A stretch of DNA of 63,340 nucleotides, counting the filler. It is 18 parts of 18 records of this genome, joined end to end, with 100 filler letters (N's around TTAATTAATTAA, not from the genome) between each part and the next. Parts side by side here need not be neighbours in the genome. Positions count along the whole stretch, not along the records: positions 53,414 to 56,439 come from SRR7504441_65276; positions 56,540 to 59,932 come from SRR7504441_65283; positions 60,033 to 63,340 come from SRR7504441_65292; 15 more parts are not named here. One strand, given 5' to 3'. How positions within the stretch are numbered: position 1 is the stretch's first letter; every line of letters starts with the position of its first letter. Both the position numbers and the translations under genes were made by a program. The notes below the pieces were generated by a model. The model was not told the origin of the DNA. It saw nothing but the letters and a program-made list of their open reading frames with translations, and did no database searches. Below, piece by piece: positions 56,327 through 63,340 of the stretch.

Positions 56327-56756
56327 ATTAGTGTCTGGCCGGTCTGGGGTGCTGGGCTGGCGGCGCTGGTCTGTGCCCCGTCGATCCGCGCATGTGGCCA
56401 CCCGCACTGCCACCAGGCCGCGGCATGCTGCCTGCTGCCNNNNNNNNNNNNNNNNNNNNNNNNNNNNNNNNNNNNNNNNNNNNTTAATTAATTAANNNNN
56501 NNNNNNNNNNNNNNNNNNNNNNNNNNNNNNNNNNNNNNNCATATTGATATGACTCTAGCCACCATGGCGCTGTCTAAGTGCCACGGAGAGTACCGACCCT
56601 CCATGTCCATACCATGTCCATCCAGCAGGCAGCTCCTTTCGATCTCGAGCGAAGCGCGCGCAAATATCATGACCGTGTTTGTGGCTGTGAGAAGCCCTCT
56701 TGCCACCGTCCGAGGCCGGTCGAGCAAAAAGAGAATCCACCAGCTCAGGCGGGCCA

Positions 56757-59749
56757 ATGCCGGCCTTGGACTTCATCACCCCGACCGCCAACGCGCGGTC
56801 GGGTGGTGTGTCAAACGGCTCGCATCCCGGTCCGGCGCCGGATGCCTCGACCCCGCTGGTCAAAAGCCCGCAGGAGCCTTGGTTCGACCGGCCCGTCGCG
56901 GTGGCCCGGCCTGAGCACTGGACGGAGGCCCAGATCCTGGCCGCGATCGAGGCGCAGCTGCGGAAGGACGAGACGGCGGACAAGCTGCACGAGGTTGGGT
57001 GGGAGGACCGGGACTTGGCCGAGGAACTCGGGGTGAGCTCGATGGTGGGCCTGCGACTGATCAAGGGGCTCCAAAATCAGCTGGGCTTCTTCCTGCCCAA
57101 GGGGCTGCTCTTCGAGCACCCCACCGCCCGACTGATGGCCGAGCATCTGTTTGAGCTACAAGACACAGCCAAGCCGATACCGCCCGACATGCTGGACGCC
57201 GAGGATAAGCAAGAGGACGACGAGCTCCGGCCGTTGATCGCCCAACAGGCCGGCCCGCCGGCTTGGAAGCCTTCCGACCCGCCGCCCGGGTCGGAGGCGC
57301 AGCTGGTGGAGACCGGCGGGATCTCATCTGGGGTGGTCTGGCTCTGCCTGCTTGTTGGGCTGATCTGGTGTATGGTGGCGCCGTGGTACCTGATGCTGTG
57401 GGTGATCATCAACAAGATTTACCCGTCGCATGAGATGACCGACTCGGCCCACTGGCGGCTTATTACTATATTCGCGGTGATCCCGGTTGGCATCTTCGGG
57501 GTTCATCTGATGGGGCTCTTGGTTGCGGTGCTGTTCAAGTGGCTGGTGCTCGGCCGACTGCATCAAGGCACCCCCCGCCCCGGCCCAGCTCTGACACGGC
57601 GCAGGCGAATCCTTCCGGGACTCCACGATGCTCCACCACCGCTGGTGGGTGACGGACAGACTGCTCCGGCTGTCTTCTGGCTCCTACCTTATCAACTGGG
57701 CAAACACTTGGTGCACTAATAGTCATACTGCCGGCTGTGAGCGGCGGCGGCAGGGTTTGCCCGATGTGGATGCGAATGCTCGGAGCACAAGTCGGGTCCG
57801 GGTGCCGCTTCGAGAGCCGCTGCACCTTCCTGGACATGGACTTGATCACAATTGAGGACAACACGCAGATCGCAACAGGTGTTACGCTCAGCACTCACTG
57901 GTTTGATTTCAACAAGTCCGGTCCTGGGATGTGGTGCATCTTCGAGCCAGTGGTGGTGGGCAAGAACTGCGTGATCAACTGCAACTCTCACCTGGTTGGA
58001 CCACTCGAAGTGCCTGACAACACGCATTCAATCGCGCAGGCGTGCAACAAAACAATTATCACTGAGTCAACTCTTGTTGCGCCGGAGCCCAGTCCGAGCT
58101 GGTGTCAGGTGATCACACTCAACATCGTTGACACGACCGGGGTGTACTTTCTGTGGTGTGTTGTGGCGGGTATTTGCTTCCCGGTCTTCCTGTTTGCCAG
58201 TTGGATGATGAAGGAGAATGACGTGATGCCCGCTCCGTGGATGAATGCTCTCACTCCAGAGTTGAAAGAAATGTCCCAGAACTTGGCACTAATAGTCATT
58301 CTGTTCCAGTCCCCGATGTTCATCGGGCCTCTCATCCTGATTTTCACGGATGCAGCTGCACTCATCTTTGTCTCACCTACCCAGCTGCTCGAACCTGCTG
58401 AGTTCCTTCTCAAGTGGTATGAACAGACTTGGTGGTTTGAAAAGAGGCTGGTGGGAGTCATCTACATCTTTTGCATCATGGGTGTGATGCTGTGGGCACT
58501 GCAAACGGTTGTAGTGGTCATGCTCAAGTGGGCCATCATCCCCGAGCGGAAGATCGGCGTGGTCTCCGCCACAAGCTTTTACGGAGTGCGTCGACGTTTC
58601 CTAAAGCCGCTTCTTATGTTGGCCATGTCCGCGCAGCCAACTCAAGCTGGGTACTGGATTGTGATCAATCTGCTTGGCGGCAAGGCCGGAAGAATGCTCA
58701 GTATGATCAAGCATTTCACCATTGGTCAATCGGATATGTGGCTGCTTAACATAGGCAACCGTGCGCACAATGTCGGCACTCTCGCCGTGGCTCGACCACT
58801 GTCGTACAACAAGGAAATGCTCGGCCCAATCAAGCTAGGCAATGACTGCATTGCCGGCGGGATGAGCGTGATCGGGCCCTTCACCGAGCTCAAGGACAGA
58901 GCAAATACAGGATTCATCACCGGCCTCGAGTATTCAGGAACCGAATCGCGTCCACTGGTGCTCCCAGAGGGTGCTAGCTATCAAGGCCGGCCCGGCTTCT
59001 GGGTGAACAGGAATCACGATACAATGCCAGACGAGACTGTTGGTCTGCAGGCTGTCTACTTCATTACTCTGCCTTGGACAATCATGGGTCAAGCGCTCAT
59101 CTCGTTGATTGCAATCTTCCCAGCACTGTATGTCAGCACATATGCCGCTGTCAATATGAGCAACGCGGCTGCCGTCGGACTCGTGCCATTTTTGGCCCTG
59201 TTTACGATGGCTTGCTTCAACGCGATTGGGCTGCTGATCAATCACTCAGTGCAGCAGAGGTCTGGTGAAAAGCTTATGTGGAATTACTCAACATTGCTCC
59301 AAAATCCAATTACCATGTTTTCTTTCGATGTGGTGGAAATTCCCATTACCGTAGCTTACTTCCAGGGCTCACACTTTCATTTGTTTTATTTGAGGCTACG
59401 TGGGATGAGGGTAGGCCGCGGAGTGCAGCTTTGGTGTGCCCAGGCCTTGGAGCCCGAGTTGTGTGAGGTCGGGGATAACAGTGTCATGCAAGAAATGAGT
59501 CTGCTCCATCCGCAGATCTTCATGGTAGGCAAGATCAACATCGCACGTGTCAAAATCGGCGAGGAGTGCAACATTGGACAATCTTCTTTTGCCATTCACG
59601 GGGCAGACATCAAGAACGGGATTCATACAGAAATGTTTGAGGTGGTGGCAAAGGAAGTTCACCAGAGAAAAGACGCCTCTGACCAAGCAACAGCGGGCGT
59701 GCTGGGCCGGCCGTTGAAAGGTAAGGACCTCAATGGACAACCTGCATAG
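56757..59749 (+). CDS. Carrier (T/ACP) domain + Pls/PosA-type NRPS terminal module (TM segments and three left-handed beta-helix-like domains), 2 introns
   Basis: ELGVSSMVGLRL..LFEHPTARLMAEHL carrier domain. KWLVLGR..HRWW..MRMLGAQVG, KWAII..LLGGKAG and YLRLRGMRVGRG are each followed by hexapeptide-like repeats. Introns at 57568-57604 (GC-AG) and 57711-57753 (GT-AG). Confidence 0.82.
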
Positions 59750-60032
59750 ACATTCGTATAACCTGCCGAGCATTTAGGCTAGGTTCCATAATAAAAGCTA
59801 AATTAAAGCCACATGAAGCCACACGCATTATCGGCACAATCCGCTGAGCCGTTCATCCAGGAACGGCACACGCGCTTCTTCGAGGTCCGCCGACAGCCGT
59901 TTGCTGCAGGGAAAGTGACGGCCAGTCGCCCANNNNNNNNNNNNNNNNNNNNNNNNNNNNNNNNNNNNNNNNNNNNTTAATTAATTAANNNNNNNNNNNN
60001 NNNNNNNNNNNNNNNNNNNNNNNNNNNNNNNN

Positions 60033-60756
60033 CACGCGCTTTATCATCTATTCTCGACGAGCCATGATTTAAGCTTCTGCAGCGCACGGCCACGGTGCGA
60101 GATCGAGTTCTTTGTTTCCTTGGGCATTTCGGCATACCTACAACCAGCAGGACAGTGAGCTCATCTCTCACGACCGGCGGCACGTTTGGTCAAACCCGTC
60201 CGGCTGGAACACAGGATCCCAGCCAAAATCAGTGGGGCCCCGAGCCGGCACGATCTGGCCCTCTGTCCGGCCGCTGAATACCAACGGCTCCGCGCCCTCT
60301 TCTCCTGAGCTGTACGCGAAGGTGCACAAGGCGTAGGCTGAGGGGTCTTCGAACCCGACAAGCATTTTGTTGAGTCCGTCGTGCCCTAGTTTGTCCAGAA
60401 ACCACTGCCCAGCGATCGGCTGGCGCCTGGCGCCCGCTGCACCTTGATATACGGCCCAGGTAGCCCCCCCAGCGCGTTGAAGCACAGGCAGGTGTCCTCC
60501 ACTATCACAGCCCCACCCACCTGCTCGGCCTCTCAGTCAGAGGCCGGCGGGGCGCACGCGCCGCCTTGGCGGCCAGCCGGCACTTTTCGGCCGCGATGTC
60601 GTCGGGCTCGCCTTGTAGCTCGGGCAGGTCGATCTTCTGGTTGGTGAGGCAGTCTGCCAGCGGGTGCCCGGCGAATATGGCTCTGACCTCCTCGAGTTTC
60701 TTCTGGTTGCCGGTGACGAATGTGATGGCCTGGGTGCTCTGGTTCGTCCGCTTCAT
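60033..60756 (-). CDS. ITPA: Inosine triphosphate pyrophosphatase (Ham1), multi-exon, 3'-partial
   Basis: [42 protein letters not shown] and [11 protein letters not shown]. Confidence 0.93.
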
Positions 60757-61214
60757 CTTCGGGTCGAGCGAGTTGGCGTGCAGGCGGGCGACTCGGGCGA
60801 CTCGGACGGGCAGTGCGCGGACCCCCGTGTTTTACCCGCGTCACACAAGAAAGCTGCCAGTACAAAATGGCTGTAATGGCTGATGGCTGGGTGCGATGTG
60901 GCAGCACAATCGTGGCTCCTATACAATACGCAGTATGTACACTACACACCTCACACAGGCATAGGACTCGCTGGTAACTCATACCACTTACATACCATTG
61001 GAAGAGATAAAATGGTTTTGTTTGTGCACACTGGCAGCAGCACATTTTATTCTCTGCATGCTCAATTGCGTCGCACTAGCATCATCATGTCACCAACGTC
61101 GGCTCGCTCACGAGTCGATGCGGCAGCAAAACAGCAAGTGCCACACCATACACCCGGATACCGAGTACATGGATTCAAGTAGAGAGAGCGAGGTCGCGGA
61201 AGGGTCGTTCAATG

Positions 61215-62539
61215 TCACCCAAACACATTGAACAGGCCTTCCGCAACCACAGTCTTCTCTACTTGTGGGTTCAGCGGCTCCACCTCTTCAATCTCAAAGT
61301 AAGAGGAGTCCGTTGGCCCGGAGACGCGCGGTACAATCGGAGGAGTCACCTGCACACCACTTAGGCGTGGAGCTCACGGCCCGAAACTCACTTCGCGCGC
61401 TGCTAGTTTCTCCCAGTCAATCCCTCTAAAGAACCGATGCCGTTTGACATCCTCAGCGCCCCCCTGTCGGGCGGATTAGCCGGTTGGGCTCAGCTGCCTG
61501 CGACCTGCAGATTCCCCAGTCTCTGTGTAACATCCCGCATCAGGAACCGCTTGATCAAGTCTTTGGCATAGAGCTCCATTCCGCTCGGGAAACGGACTTG
61601 ACCGTTGAGGATTTTGGTGTAGATCGCCACAGGGTTGTCGCTTTCCTCGTCGTAAAAAGGCGGGAAGCCAGCCAGCATTTCGTACATCAGGATTCCGAGA
61701 GCCCACCTGGATTGAATCAACCGCTGAGCACAGCCCGCCCGCACCAGTCCACATTCTTGTCGTAGGTTTCCCCGCGGATGATCTCCGGGGCCAAATACTC
61801 CGGCGTGCCACACATGGTCGTGGTGCCCTCCGCTGCGAAGCCACGCTCAGCTCGACAAGCACCGAGCCTCTCGCACCTCCAAGCACTTTCGCGAAGCCAA
61901 AATCCGTCAGCTTGACGTGGCCGACCCGGTCTATCAAGATATTCTCTGCGCCACACCCAGCGTCAGCGCGCGAGACCGGTCTAGTCTACAGAGCGGCAGG
62001 GCCAGCAGTGCATGAGCAGTCACCAGGTTTGAGATCGCGATAGGCGATGTTCCGTTCGTGCAGGTACTGCAGCAGTAAGGTCATCTCTCCGATATAAAAT
62101 CTCGTATCGCCCTCGCTCAGTTGTCCCTGATTGCGCATGTGTGTGAAGAGTTCGCCGCCGCAGGCGAACTCCAGAATCATATACAGGTTGGCTTCGTCCT
62201 GCCAGCGGGCTGAGCCAGGTGGCCGGGCTGCAGGCGGCACCTGCATCGTGTTATAGAGCTTGACTACGTACGGGTTGTCGACCTGCCGCAGGATCTCTAC
62301 CTCCTGTCCCCGACCTGGTGAGCCCGGCCCCCGCGGTGGTCGACTTGGGTGACGTGCACCACTTGCTTCAGGTAGACGATCTTCTTCTTGCTCAGTATCT
62401 TCACCACAAACACCCGCCCGTTCTTCTTGTATCGGCACAGATTCACCACACAAAACGTGCCCGAGCCAACTTGCTGCAGGATCTCGTAGTCGCTGATGCT
62501 GGCGTTGGCCTGCATGTCCTCGGCCTCGGCTGCCTCCAT
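61215..62539 (-). CDS. cAMP-dependent protein kinase catalytic subunit-like (PKA-C/PRKX-like), multi-exon
   Basis: [68 protein letters not shown] and terminal FNVF (FxxF). Confidence 0.9.
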
Positions 62540-62936
62540 GATCCGGGACCCGCTCCCGCTCGATCACCCCTCCCGCGCCGCTCGAAAGCTAACACCTCCG
62601 TGCGCGCACCGCCCCCAGCTGCCTTGGCTCGGCACCGCCACTGCCTGACCGCCACTGCCTTGGCTCGGACCGTTGGCACGCACCGGAAAACACCAGTTGT
62701 CTAGGTCATCAGTTTCGGAGAAGGGGGGGAGGCTACAGGTTATTATACAGGTGCAGGCCTTGCCACTGGAAAAGACAACGCAGGGTAAAGGTGATGGGCG
62801 TTGCGAGATCATCGTAACAAGGCCACCGTAGGACCTATCCGGTGGCTCCTTCCTCGTCCTAAAATGTGCGATACATGTCCAGCATTCGGGGCCTCCCTAG
62901 GGCCTCCATCCGAAATGTCAGTCAGCCAAGAAGCCG

Positions 62937-63302
62937 TTGGCCTCAAAAAGAAGGCACAGCTCCTCAAAATGGCCAGGCCTGCGTTCCAGCGCGGCTGAGT
63001 CAGCCGAGCGGCCGTCGCCACTCTGGGTGCAACTGCCCCCCAAGAGGCAGCTTTACTCACCTGCAGTCGTCTCGGCGGCTGGGGAGGTGGCATATGCTGC
63101 AGCAGAGGGGAAATCACGTGTAGCATACTTAGCTTTCCTCTTCACATTCGGCCTGGCGATATCGTTCTGGGTGCTGGCAATGGTCGGACCTCCGAGCCTC
63201 GCACTCGGAGGCCTGATGGTGCGACTGGGGGCTCGGCCGCCGGTGGGGCCGCCGGTGGTGGCTCCCGGAACGGGTTGCTATCCAGGGGGCCTGTGCCTCT
63301 AG
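62937..63302 (+). CDS. Possible membrane protein fragment
   Basis: Hydrophobic YLAFLFTFGLAISFWVLAMV segment; exon structure unresolved near the window end. Confidence 0.35.
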   Translation: MASKRRHSSSKWPGLRSSAAESAERPSPLWVQLPPKRQLYSPAVVSAAGEVAYAAAEGKSRVAYLAFLFTFGLAISFWVLAMVGPPSLALGGLMVRLGARPPVGPPVVAPGTGCYPGGLCL

Positions 63303-63340
63303 CGTCAGGGGGGATCTTCCAGGACGTTGATAGAGACAAC

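Overview
This window is not contiguous genome. It is 18 short contigs (about 3-5.5 kb each) joined by artificial 100-nt linkers (N-run + TTAATTAATTAA + N-run). The DNA comes from a gene-dense, GC-rich microbial eukaryote; I cannot identify the taxon, though a CDKL5-type kinase hints at a flagellate. Many genes are split by very short spliceosomal introns (mostly 35-45 nt) with unusually frequent GC-AG boundaries, so the ORF track fragments them. All spliced models below were reconstructed by hand and lack transcript support. Recognisable genes are GH78, DUS1-like, a two-HKD phospholipase D, arginase, UBFD1, CDKL5-like, an RCC1-repeat protein, BUB1, a RING-H2 ligase, CLK/LAMMER kinase, CCT5, an EamA transporter, a Rab32/38/29-like GTPase, ITPA and a PKA-C-like kinase. 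The most unusual items are domain architectures, most of them visible only after splicing. (1) A carrier-protein + Pls/PosA-type (poly-amino-acid synthetase) membrane module with no adenylation domain. (2) A NUDT6-type Nudix-CinA/PncC fusion. (3) A secreted flavodoxin fused to an ependymin-like domain. (4) A NEK kinase-DEP-DUF547 fusion. (5) A GH27-GH51 fusion. (6) A double beta-trefoil-like + DUF3472-like protein head-to-head with GH78. I found no rRNA, tRNA, CRISPR array or mobile element. Family calls rest on recalled motifs, not database searches.
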